A stretch of 64,000 nucleotides of DNA from Eledone cirrhosa. Lineage: Eukaryota. The position numbers and the translations under genes were made by a program. The notes beneath the pieces were generated by a model, which saw nothing but the letters and a program-made list of their open reading frames with translations, did no database searches and was not told where the DNA came from. The stretch covers positions 256,928,001-256,992,000 of the forward strand of contig OZ024743.1 of assembly GCA_964016885.1 (NCBI GenBank). The letters run 5' to 3'. This document shows, piece after piece, positions 52,213 through 64,000 of this stretch (position 1 is its first letter; each line of letters opens with the position of its first letter).

Positions 52213-52399
52213 TAACATTTTTTCTATAACCTCTGTATTTTGTATAGAAACTTACCCCATTTTCAAATATATATTTGTATATGTGCAGACTTAATAGGCT
52301 TCCTTTGGAATTGAAGGGATATTCACATCAACATCATTTCATGTTATAAAATGTTTAGCAGTCCTACATTGATTCGGTAGATCACTAAGTGTGTATGCA

Positions 52400-52890
52400 T
52401 ATATCATCACCATCATCATCAGCAGCATCATTTAGCATCCATTTTTCTAGGCAAGCATGTTTTAGATGAGTCGCCCAGTTGTAAGACAAGCCAAATCAGA
52501 TAACGGTGTCTTGCTCATACAAAACTTATTCTGGCTTGGTTTCTATGGCTGAATGCCCTTCCTAATGCTAACAACATTTACAGTCTAGATAGAGTGTTTT
52601 TTCATCGTGGCACCAGAACAACCACTTTACAGTGTGGGCTGGGTGTTTTTTTTCATGTCACAAACACGACCTCTTTATAGTATGGACTGGGTGCTTTTTG
52701 TTGTGGCACCAACACGACCACTTTACTTACAACAGGCTTACATACAGTTTCTGTTTACCAAAATTTCACTCACAAGGCATTGGTCAATTTAAGGCTACTG
52801 TAGAATATAAGAAACATGCTCAAGTTGATATGCAATGGGACTGAACACAGAAACACACTGTATGAAACACACTTCTTAAACACACAATCA
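52400..52890 (-). mobile_element. Diverged composite SINE with RTE-like tail
   Basis: Inverted copy of the ggaagggcatYcagc../(GAT)n tail family with its upstream body. Confidence 0.55.
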
Positions 52891-53310
52891 ATGCTTGCAC
52901 TTAATTTTTGATAAAACCTCTTGAATAACAAACATGTTTCATTAATTCCACTGCTAATTAAAATAATCATTAGTGATCACTTGTCATTTAGTAGCACAGC
53001 ATTTAATGAAATTCTCAGTTTTTTTTTTAAATCTTATTTTCACCATTGACAATTTATTTTTATTTATTTCTTCCTTACTCCCATATTTCTGTCCACTATC
53101 GTCTTTTAGATCCAGTTTATTTTTATGGTTTGGAGAGAATTTATTTTTGGCATCGTTTTTAACTAACAAAATTTTCAGCATTAACTCTTTGGTCTTATTA
53201 TTATGTTCATCGTCATCATTAACATTATCATCATCATCATCATCATCAATATTGTTATCATCATCATCATCATCACCATTCGTATTATCATCATCGTCAT
53301 TATTATTTTC

Positions 53311-53932
53311 GAGCATTGCTGACTTGTGGGTTTATGTCGAACACCTGCTGTCGCGTGTAGAACGGATCCGGTTATCAGCTGAGTCCATCGTGAGGATTGC
53401 CCCGCCCTCTTCCTTTAGCCGGGAAGGGCAGGCAGTTTTTACCTGTCTGGTAGCCATGGCGAAAGAGATAGTATGGTGGACACGTCTGAAAGGGCTGAAG
53501 ACGAGCACTTACCTCTTCGGTGATGCCCTGACTAACTTTTTCCAATTTCATTTGAAAAGGAAAATCAGGGTAGAGAGGGTGCTCTCTTCCCAGCTTTTTA
53601 TTGAAAATGGGTGAGAGAGGAAAGAATGGCCCGAGTGAGTGGACCTACTCTGAGTATATGCCTGTAAATTGAAGGTGGAAAACTGGGAGAGGACAATTGC
53701 CCTGGTGGTCAGGGTCACCGTGGCGGTTTTTTTAATGGGCTTTCTCCACGATGGCCCTCGGAAGTCTCCCCCCAATTGGGGAATTTTTCATTGTTCTATT
53801 ATTACATCCTCTGTTTTTTTTTGTTTTTTACACGCAGAAATTCCCATTTGTACCGTCCTATATTGTCCTGTACTGTCCTTAATGTTTACTTTGTGTAAAC
53901 CTTTGTGGTTAATAAAGAAAGCATTATTATTA
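53311..53932 (+). mobile_element. Tx1-clade LINE 3' fragment
   Basis: SIADLWVYVEHLLSRVERIRLSAESIV..WWTRLKGLKT; 3' UTR, AATAAA, (TTA)n. Confidence 0.85.
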
Positions 53933-53939
53933 GTGAGAG

Positions 53940-55195
53940 GGCGCCTCCTCTTCCACTTTTTTGTGGAAGGGACGCGCTCCCATGGTCAGACGATCCATCT
54001 GCTGTCAACACCCGTTGCATGGAGGACTGGGCATGCCATGGCTGATGATGCGCAAACATGCGCTGAGGCTGCGACATCTCTGGTGCTTCCTTGATGGTGA
54101 ACGGGTGTGGTCGCCGTTTACCAGGCACGTTTTCCCACAGCTCGTCTCCTTGACGGAGCTGCAGTCCTGGGTCAGAAAAAGACCGAGGGATAGCGGTTGG
54201 AAACTGGAATGTCTCCAGGCGCTCACTGCCCTCTCCCAGCTGGGCACCAGTATCGGTGGAACATCCACCTCGGCGTTCTATAGAGGACTAGTGGAGGGGA
54301 AGAGCCACGACATTCTCGGAGAGATCCTGGGCGTCGAAGAAGATCAGCTGTTTGCTCTCTTCCGGAGAACTTTCAGCCCGGGGCCTATGGAAAACTTCCA
54401 AAAACCCTGGCCTGGCAGTGCTACCAGGGAGCGCTGCCGGTTCGAGATAAGCTCTACAGGCCCGGAAGTGCCGTCAGCCGAGCCTGTCCGAGATGCGCGC
54501 AGAGCGACGAAACCGTTGTGCACGCACTCGTTCAGTGCCCGAGCATTGCTGACTTGTGGAGCTATGTCGAACAGTTGCTGAAGCTTGTGGAACTCATCCG
54601 GTTGTCGACTGAGTCCTTTGTTCAGATGGTCTCGCCGTCTTCCTTCGAGGAGGAAGGGCAGGCGGTTTTCATCTGCTTTGTGACCATGGTGAAAGAGATT
54701 GTGTGGTGGACAAGGTTAAAAGGGTTAAAGACAGACACTTTCCTCTTCCGCGAATCCCTGATTAACTTTTTCAAGTTTCACTTGAAGAGGAAAATCAGGG
54801 TGGAGAGGCAAGTGCTGCTTTCTAGCAAGTTTGTTGAAAGGTAGGTGAATGTAGCGAGTTGGTCCGAGTGAACGGGACCACTCTGAATATACGTCTGTAG
54901 TTTGAGAGATGGAAAAATTGAGAGAGGGCGCTTGCCCTGGTGGTCAGGGAGGCCATGGTCTTTTGTGTGGTTTTCGCCACGAGTAACCCTCGGAGGTTTC
55001 CCCCCTATTGGGGAATTTTTCATTGTTTCAATTTTCATTTTTATTGTTTATATATATATATATGTTTCTATGTTCTTTTTTTTTCTTTTCTTATATAAAT
55101 AATAAAAATATTTACACGCACAAAACCCACATCGTACCGTCCTGTGCCGTCTGTAATGTTTTTCTTGATGTCACCCCTTGTGGCCAATAAAGAAA

Positions 55196-55237
<42 letters not shown>
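53940..55237 (+). mobile_element. Tx1-clade LINE 3' fragment
   Basis: Homologous to 3510-4480; AATAAA then (ATT)n. Confidence 0.88.
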
Positions 55238-55241
<4 letters not shown>

Positions 55242-58200
55242 TATTACTCTTTGAGTCTCAGTCATTGATGTTAGTTAACTGGAAAGTTTGTTGAAATGAA
55301 TATCAAGCCACTACCTGCAGCCTCAGATATTCAGGACGTATCGGAGGGTTCTTGCTGTTCCCAGCAAGCATGCCTTTTGAAGCGTTCTAAAAAGCGTGAA
55401 GGGGCCAATTTTCTTTAACCATCCCTGGAAACTTTTTGAGATGGTCCCTAGTGCGCCTATGACAATTGGGATCACTTTGACTTCATGGCAGTTCCAAATC
55501 CTTTTTACCTCCCACTTTAAGTCCTGGTATCTGTTAATTTTCTCCCTCTTCTCTTGCACTCTCGTGTCGAATGGGCAGGCCACATCCACAATCAGGCACG
55601 ATCTTTTTTCTTTGTCCAAAACAACCAGGTCAGGTCTATTGTGTTCCAGTTTCTTGTCCGTCTGTATCCTAAAATCCCACAGCACCTTCACCTGATCGTT
55701 TTCTATCACCGCCTCTGGCTTATGCTCATACCACGTCTCAGAATGTGGTAAATTGTTTACTTTGCATAGGTGTCAGTGGATCACCCTGCCCATCACATCA
55801 TGTCTCCAGCCCTTATAGTGAGTCTGGGCTAGGTGTTTACACTCGGATACAATGTGAGCCACAGTCTCCTCTCTCTCCACAGATCCTGCACAGTGGGCTA
55901 GCCTCCTCCTTGTAAATGTGGTGTTTCAACCACTTCGTTTTGAGGGCCTGCTCCTGCGCAGCCATTAACATTCCTTCTGTAGCCTTTTTAAGGTCTCCTC
56001 TTTTCAACCAGTTCCATGTCTGTGGATCTCTAAATTCAGTTTTCTCAAAGAAGGTACTATGAAGGGGTTTTTCCTGAAGGCTGCTCTTTCTCCTTGATGT
56101 TATTTCCTCCTTTTTACATCCCCTGGCCTATTGTCCCCTCCTTCAGTACAGTTCTGAGCATTGGCTCCTTACTATCAGTCACGTATTTGTGTAGGTTGTT
56201 TTTCTCCATCTGAACACAGTCCTCTATGCTGATAAGACCTCTTCCACCTTCAGATCTCCTTAAGTAGAGTCTATCGACATCACTCCTCTTGTGGAACATG
56301 TTGTAGATAGTCAATAGCTTCCTAGTCTTCCTATCCATTTCTTTTTGTTCAGCAACATTCCATCTCAGACTTCCCGCACTGTACCTAATAATAGACACAG
56401 CTCGGGAATTTACTGCACTTATGGCATTCCTACTGTTCAGATGTGACTAATACGCTCCTTACTCTCCGAAGGTATTCAGTTCTTATCAATTCCTTCATTT
56501 TTTTGTTCTTGATGTCATCAGCCTCCAGAACGCCCAAATACTTGTATCCTTCCTCAGAGTCAATTTCATTTATCATCTCACCTGTTGTTATCTAGATTCC
56601 GTTACTTCTGCTCAACTTACCCCTCCTCATCACAATGACTCCACACTTATTAATACCAAATTGCATACATATATAATTTCTGAAAATACGGACAGTGTCA
56701 ACAAGCACATCCAACTCCTTCTCACTCTTCCCGAAGAGCTTAAGATCGCCCATGAAGAGGAGGTGATTGATGGTAAGCCCTCCCTTTCCCAATCTGTATC
56801 CTGCTCTCACTTTTCGCAGTACACTGGTCAGGGTCATCAGGGCAAGGACAAACAACAGAGGGGACAGACTATCTCCCTGGAAGATACCTCTCTTGATCTT
56901 CACGTTTCCCAAAGATTCTCCAGTTGATGTTAACTCTGTTTCCTAGGACTTCATACAACTGTCTGATGTTATCTGCCACCTTGAAGATGTCCAGGCTTTT
57001 GGTGATCCAAGAATGAGGCACCATGTCAAATGCCTTTTTGTAGTCTATCCATCCTATGGCAAGACCAGTGTGTCTCCTCTTGCAATTCCTCATTACCATC
57101 TTATCAATAAGTAACTGGTCCTTTGTACCACGTGACTTCTTTCGGCATCCTTTCTGTTCGTCCGGTAACAAGTTGTTTGTGTGGAGGTGATGGTAGATTT
57201 CCTCAGACATAATGCTTGTCAACAGTTTCCACATTACGGAGAGACATGTGATAGGTCAATAGTTGGTAACATCATTACCCTTGATTCGGTCTTTCATTAT
57301 CAGAATTGTGGTACCTTTTGTCAACCACTCTGGTACCTCACCTGACATCAAGCAGTCATTGAACATGGTTGTCAGTTTCGGGTGGAGGAATGTTATGTTT
57401 TTAATCCAATACCCCTGCACACCATCTGGGCCAGGTGATTTCCAGTTGGTTAGTTTTTTGGCCTGCCCCTTAAGAGTTTCAACTGTGATACTCAAATCAG
57501 TTTGTTGGTGTGCCTGTTCACTGATCTCCTTCTGTACTGTTTCAATCCACACTGCCTGGTCATTATGTTTAACATCCTGCTCCCATATTCCTGTCCAGAA
57601 TGTTTTAGTTTGCTCCGCCTCAGGGATCAAGTCGTTGCCTCTTTCTTTCCCTTCAAGCTGTCCAAACAACATCTTCTGGATGTTGTCGAACTGCGGTTCT
57701 GTCTATACTGACTGACTCTGTTCTCGTATCGCCTGATTTTTGCACTCTTTGCTACAATGCGTTGCTTCAGTTCCTCTATGATAATATTTAGCTTCTTCCT
57801 CCTAGTTTTGTACTTTATTTCCAGTCTATTTTTAGTGTCTATGTTTTTTAGTGTCCCATTCAGTAGGGACTCAAGCTTTCCAATGTCATTTCTCATTTCC
57901 CTGATTTGACCACTCAGTCGTTTCTTCCACCAAGGCTCTGCTCTTTCTTGTCTGTTGTTTCCTCTCGCTTTTATACCAAGTAGTTTCCTCACCGTATTTG
58001 CTGTTGCTTTGAGGATATTGTTGCACTGGTGAAGGCTCCTCGCCTCAAGGTATGGGATGACTTTGTTTACCTTAGCTGTTGTTTCTTTTAACTTTTTCCT
58101 GTCTACAAATCTTAGGTTCATAGGTTTCCCACTATCATTGTTCAATTCATCTACCACTAAGTTTAGGATATCTACCAAATCTTGTCCTAGCCCGTCAGCA

Positions 58201-59161
58201 TTCATCTCCTCAGTGGCCGTATCTCTGTTCCAGGTATTATTTATCTCAGCATTCAGATCATTGTCTGCTTCGGGTGGTTCCTCCGTTCTCTCGACCTCTT
58301 CACCTTCATTTCCCACTGGCTCGTTTGCCTGGCATACTCCACCCTCCAATTCCAAGCTAATCTCTCTGCTCAGTTCCTCCAGTTCCAGCTCGTTTATCCA
58401 CTCATTAGATCTTATTACCCGAGCTTGCCCGGCCAGTTTTTGTTCATCTAATTTAAATGAACCAATCTCGTTCCAGATGTTATGCATCCTTTTCCTATAG
58501 CATTTCTCCTTGGGGTTACTCTTCAGGTAACATTGCATAATAGTTCTAATCAATTCTTTCGTCCAGTTGGTTCTGGTCCCTTTCCTTCTTCTTCTTCCTC
58601 CGACACCAGCAGTATTTGGTTGACAGCCAGGTCCCTGCTGCTGAGCCTGGGAGCACCTGTTGGGTGAGAGTCTGTCACATGACATTCCAGTCTCCATTTC
58701 ACCGTTATTCGAACTGTTTAGGTTCGACATTTAAACACTCTTATCGAGGATTGGCGAATCTATGGTTACATAACCACCGGTGAATTACTTGTCTCCGGTG
58801 GTTTCGTCACTCCACGTGTCTTTTGTGTGGCATTATCACGCTGTAGACGAACCCAAATAAACAAACAAACAGGCAGAAAAAACCTCAAAAATGAATAAGC
58901 ATAAATTTCATTGTAATGTAGTGTTTGAATGTCTGACTTAGTTTTTCCCTTCCCTTCTCTGTCCGTCCGTTTGTTTTTCTCTTCATTTTTATTTCCTTTA
59001 CGTTTTTCGTTGTTGCTGTGCTGCTTTGATTTTGATTTTTGTTTTTTTTTAATTTGACCGGGTCATCAATTCAGTCTATTAATATATTTTGATGCCTTCC
59101 TCTTTTAGTGAGAATTCTACAATGTAGCAGGGTCTAGCGGGAGAGAATAGCGGCGGTAGTG
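55238..59161 (-). mobile_element. R4/Dong-like LINE (RT plus restriction-like endonuclease), apparently full length, decayed
   Basis: ATG at 58730; [38 protein letters not shown]; CCHC finger; WDFRIQTD..RPDLVV..IVDVACP..EK..Y; (ATT)n on both flanks. Confidence 0.9.
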
Positions 59162-59228
<67 letters not shown>

Positions 59229-59959
59229 TTATTTTATTAATTTTTTCCTTTCATTTCATTTGATGTAAAACCCATTTTCTGGTGTGTTACTTTATCAACA
59301 TCCTGCGCCCATGCGTCTAATAAAAGAAATTATTATTACTGCCATTATCATTCATCATTATAATTAAATTAGCAGAATCATTAGGGCATTGGTCAAATGC
59401 TTAGCATTATTTGTTTCAGTTATCTACATTCTGAGTTCAAATCCTGTTGACATCAACTTTGCCTTTCATCCTTTCAGGAGTCAATAAAATAAAATATCAG
59501 TGATGTACTAGGGACAATATAATAAATGTTTCCCATCTCCGCAAATTGCTGGTCATTGGCCAATGTTAGAAAGAATTATTATTATTGTTGTTGTTGTTGC
59601 TGTTGTATATTTCTGTTTGTATAACCTCTGACTACCTGCAGATGAATAATTGGTATTGTGGGTGGGTGGATTGGTGGGGTGGGTGGCAGTTAAAATGTTT
59701 TCCTTGCCAAAGCATTGGTTTAGCAGCAGGAAATTTAGGTTAAAATGATTGATACAGGGAAAGTGTCAAAGAGTAAAAGAGTTTTGATCTCCAGAATTCT
59801 GTTGCAGGAAGTTGTTAGTAAAAGATAATAAAAACAGAAAGGTATTAGTATTGGTATAAAATTGTAATAGTAAAAAAAAAATATTCTCTTTTTAAAGTAA
59901 AAATTTTTTGTAGTATGTAAAAGAAAAAAATAAACAATGATAAAATGATATAGTAATAG

Positions 59960-61980
59960 TGAGGGAGGGTGAAGGAATGATGGAAAGGAAAGGAAAGGAA
60001 TCATGGAAAAAAGAAGTGATAGGGAGAAAGGGGATATGGAGAGAAGGGAGTTATGGAGAGAAGGGAGTTATGGAGAGAAGGGAGTTATGGAGAGAAATAG
60101 AGTTATGGAGAGAAGGGAGTTATGGAGAGAAGGGAGTTATGGAGAGAAAGGGGGTTATGGAGAGAAGGGAGTTATGGAGATAAAGGGGGTTATGGAGAGA
60201 AAAGGAGTTATGGAGAGAAGGGAGTTATGGAGAGAAACAGAGTTATGGAGAGAAGGGAGTTATGGAGAGAAGGGAGTTATGGAGAGAAAGGGGGTTATGG
60301 AGAGAAGGGAGTTATGGAGATAAAGGGGGTTATGGAGAGAAAAGGAGTTATGGAGAGAAGGGAGTTATGGAGAGAAGGGAGTTATGGAGAGAAAGGGATA
60401 TGGAGAGAAAGGAGTTATGGAGAGAAAGGGATATGGAGAGAAAGGGAGTTATGGAGAGAAAGGGATATGGAGAGAAAGGGAGTTATGGAGAGAAAGGGAT
60501 ATGGAGAGAAAGGGAGTTATGGAGAGAAAGGGATATGGAGAGAAAGGGAGTTATGGAGAGAAAGGGATATGGAGAGAAAGGAGTTATGGAGAGAAAGGGA
60601 GTTATGGAGAGAAAAGGAGTTATGGAGAGAAAGGGATATGGAGAGAAAGGGAGTTATGGAGAGAAAGGGATATGGAGAGAAAGGAGTTATGGAGAGAAAG
60701 GGAGTTATGGAGAGAAAAGGAGTTATGGAGAGAAAGGGATATGGAGAGAAAGGAGTTATGGAGAGAAAGGGATATGGAGAGAAAGGAGTTATGGAGAGAA
60801 AGGGAGTTATGGAGAGAAAGGGATATGGAGAGAAAGGGAGTTATGGAGAGAAAGGGATATGGAGAGAAAGGAGTTATGGAGAGAAAGGGAGTTATGGAGA
60901 GAAAAGGAGTTATGGAGAGAAAGGGAGTTATGGAGAGAAAAGGAGTTATGGAGAGAAAAGAGTTATGGAAAGCAAGGGGATAGGAAGAGAAGGGAGTTAT
61001 GGAGAGAAGGGAAATAGGGAAAGAAGGGAGTAATGGAGAAAAGGGGATATGGATAGAAAGGGGATGGGGAGAGAAGGGAGTTATGGAGAGAAAGGAGTTA
61101 TAGAGAGAAATGAGTTATGGAGAGAAAGGGATATGGAGAGAAAGGGAGTTATGGAGAGAAAGGGATATGGAGAGAAAGGGAGTTATGGAGAGAAAGGGGG
61201 ATATGGAGAGAAGGGAGTTATGGAGAGAAGGGAGATATGGAGAGAAGGGAGTTATGGAGAGACGGGAGATATGGAGAGAAGGGAGATAGGGAGAGAAGGG
61301 AGATAGGGAGAGAAGGGAGTTATGGAGAGAATGGAACAGAGAAGAAGGAATAAGGAAGAGAATGGATGATGGAATTGAAGGAATGATGGAAAGGAAGTAG
61401 GGAGAGGAAGATAGGATAGAGAGAATGGAATGATGGGGAGAAGTGATGTGAGGGATTGACTGGATGATTGACTGATGGAGACGAGGAATGATGAAGAGAA
61501 TGGAATGATGGAGAGAAGGGAATGATGGAGAGGAAGGAGTGTTGGAAGGGAATGATGAAGAGAAAGAAAAGGAAAGGAAGCAGTGATGGTAAGGAAGGAA
61601 TTATGGAGAGGAAGGAGTGATAGAGAAGCAGAAATTATTAAGAGAATAAAATAATAAAGGGGAAGGAATGATGGCGAGGAAGGATTGATGGAAAGGAAGG
61701 AAAGAAAAGGAAGTAATGATGGCAAAGAAGGATTGGTGGAGAGGAATGTGTGATAGAGAAGAAGAAATGATTAAGAGAATGAAATGATGGTAGGGAAGGA
61801 ATGATGGAGAGGAAAGGAAGATGAAGAGAAACAAAAGATGAAGAGAGAGGGAAGATGTAGAGAGAGGAAAGATAGAGAGAAAGTAATGATTAAGAAAATG
61901 AAATGATGTAGAGGAAGGAATATTGGAGAGAAGAGGAGCAGAATAATAGGACAAAGATGTTGAGGGGAGGAAAGGGATGA
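59960..61980. repeat. Polypurine minisatellite (15-18 bp unit ttatggagagaaagggag) grading into GA-rich low complexity
   Basis: Directly visible; core array about 60030-61330. Confidence 0.95.
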
Positions 61981-62499
61981 AAGAAAAGGAAAGAAAATAA
62001 ACAAAATCATTTTTAATCTTTTTCTATTTATTTCCAATTAAATTTATTATTTTCTTTAAATGGTCAGACTGAAAATAATATAAAGAATGGAACAAGGTTG
62101 GCACTCATTTGTTTAGTGAAAGGAATTAACATCATGACTGACCTGAACTATGAAGAAGAATACCTATAAGAAAAAGAAAAATTAACAAAGAAAAAATGTC
62201 CGATAAATGGCAAATCTAAAAATATAATGACAATGACAATAACAGCAACAGCTACAACAATAATGACAACAACTAAGATCATAGCTACAACAACAATAAT
62301 GTAAATAATGATAATGACAATGACCACTGCAACAACAACTACTACAACGACCACAGAAAAAGATGACAATGACAATAATGGCAATAACAACAACAACAAC
62401 ATCAACCAGAAGAACAAGGACAATGAAGGCAATAACAATGACAGCAACATATATTGATCATTGGTTTAGTTATGGCAGTATTGGTAGTTATAGAAATTA

Positions 62500-62680
62500 A
62501 CTGTTTCTACTTTAGGCACAAGGCCAACAATTACCTAGTGTATTACTGGTACTTTATTTTATCGACCACGTCAGGATGAAAGTCAAAGTTAACCTCGGCG
62601 GGATTTGAACTCAGATCGTAAAGGGATGTAACTATGTTGGAAAGCATGGTGTCCGACCCTCTACCGATACTGCCAATCCA
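62500..62680 (-). mobile_element. tRNA-derived SINE (OR1/Meta-like)
   Basis: Homologous to 3085-3275. Confidence 0.8.
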
Positions 62681-62838
62681 AAGAAATTAATGAATGGTCA
62701 TATGGATTTTGATGTGAATGGCTGTAGAAAGAGAGAAAAAAACCAAAAGAAAGATAGAAAGTTTTTCTAAAACAGACTGTACCAGAGAACTGAAACATGG
62801 CTTTTTCATTTGTTTAATTCTATTTATTTATTCAATTT

Positions 62839-62893
<55 letters not shown>

Positions 62894-62894
<1 letters not shown>

Positions 62895-63171
62895 GAGTAT
62901 ATGTCTGTAAATTAAAGGTGGAAAACTGGGAGAGGGCACTTGCCCTGGTGGTCAGGGTCACTGTGGCCTTTTAATGGGCTATCTCCACAATTGTCCCTCC
63001 GAAGTCTCCCCCCTATTGAGGAATTTTTCATTGTTATTTTTATTACATCCTCTGTTTTTGTTTTTTTACATGCAGAAATGCCCATTTGTACCGTCCTGTA
63101 TTGTCCTGTACTGTCCTTAATGTCTACTTTATGTAAACCCTTGTGGTTAATAAAGAAAGTATTATTATTAT
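62894..63171 (+). mobile_element. Tx1 3' UTR fragment
   Basis: Highly similar to 53651-53932; (TTA)n on both sides. Confidence 0.85.
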
Positions 63172-64000
63172 TGTTCTTTGAGTCTCAGTCATTGATGTTA
63201 GTTAATTGGAAAGTTTGTTGAAATGAATATCAAGCCACTACCTGCAGCCTCAGATATTCAGGACATATCGGAGGGTTCTTGCTGTTCCCAGCAAGCATGC
63301 CTTTTGAAGTGTTCCAAAAAGCGGGGCGGGGCCAATTTTCTTTAACCATCCATTGAAACCTTTTGAGATAGTACCTAGTGCACCTATGACAATCGGAACC
63401 ACTTTGACCTCATAGCAGTTCCAAATCCTTTTTACCGCCCACTTTAAGTCCTGGTATCGGTTAATTTTCTCCCTCTCCTTCTCTTGCACTCTCTTGTTGA
63501 ATGGGCAGGCCACATCCACAATCAGGCACGATCTTATTTCCTTGTCCGTCTGTATCCTAAAATCCCATAGCACCTTCACCTGATCGTTTTCTATCACCGA
63601 CTCTGGCTTATGCTCATACCACTTCTCAGAATGTGGTAAATTGTTTACTTTGCATAGGTGCCAGTGGATCACCCTGCCCATCACATCAAATTCTCCAGCC
63701 TTTATAGTGAGTCTGGGCTAGGTGTTTACACTCGGATACAATGTGAGCCACAGTCTCCTGTCTCTCTCCACAGATCCTTCACAGTGGGCTAGCCTCCTCC
63801 TTGTAAATATGGTGTTTCAGTCACTTCGTTTTGAGGGCCTGCTATTGCACAGCCATTAGCATTCTTTCTGTAGCCTTTTTAAGGTTTCCTCTTCTCAACT
63901 AGTTCCATGTCTGTGGATCTCTGAATTCCGTTTTCTCAAAGAAGGTACTATGAAGGGATTTTTCATGAAGGCTGCTCTTCCTCCTTGTTGTTATTTCCTC
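63172..64000 (-). mobile_element. R4/Dong-like LINE 3' part (runs off the window)
   Basis: Highly similar to 55245-56110; RLE ORF 63250-63684. Confidence 0.9.

Noticed and set aside
52984-53316. Asp/Asn-rich ORF (also 8092-8340 and 62148-62450)
   Set aside because: Trinucleotide low-complexity sequence with no domain evidence
59959-61353. ORFs up to 303 aa of MERKG/ELWRE repeats
   Set aside because: All three frames are open across a minisatellite; not evidence of coding

Overview
Eukaryotic, AT-rich, transposon-saturated genomic DNA, most likely an octopod cephalopod (inferred from OR1/OR2-like tRNA-derived SINEs, (GAT)n-tailed RTE LINEs and very long (TA)n/(CA)n tracts). No intact host gene is evident; at most there are weak exon candidates near 29.7 and 33.7 kb. 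The window holds decayed Tx1/L1, RTE, CR1 and R4/Dong-like LINEs, a truncated Gypsy LTR element, a Helitron deletion derivative, hAT-like remnants and at least five Penelope-like element (PLE) remnants. The main signal is not in the ORF track. I found about ten unrelated type I hammerhead ribozyme (HHR) families by eye (stem I - CUGANGA - stem II - GAAA - short, usually palindromic stem III - NUH - stem I). Some sit in PLE terminal repeats. Others sit in ORF-less 0.5-0.7 kb units present as more than one tandem monomer, preceded by an inverted (fold-back) arm joined by microhomology and inserted in (TA)n. These look like PLE-mobilised retrozyme-like elements copied from circular or multimeric RNA. 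All pairings were read manually; no folding or database search was run.
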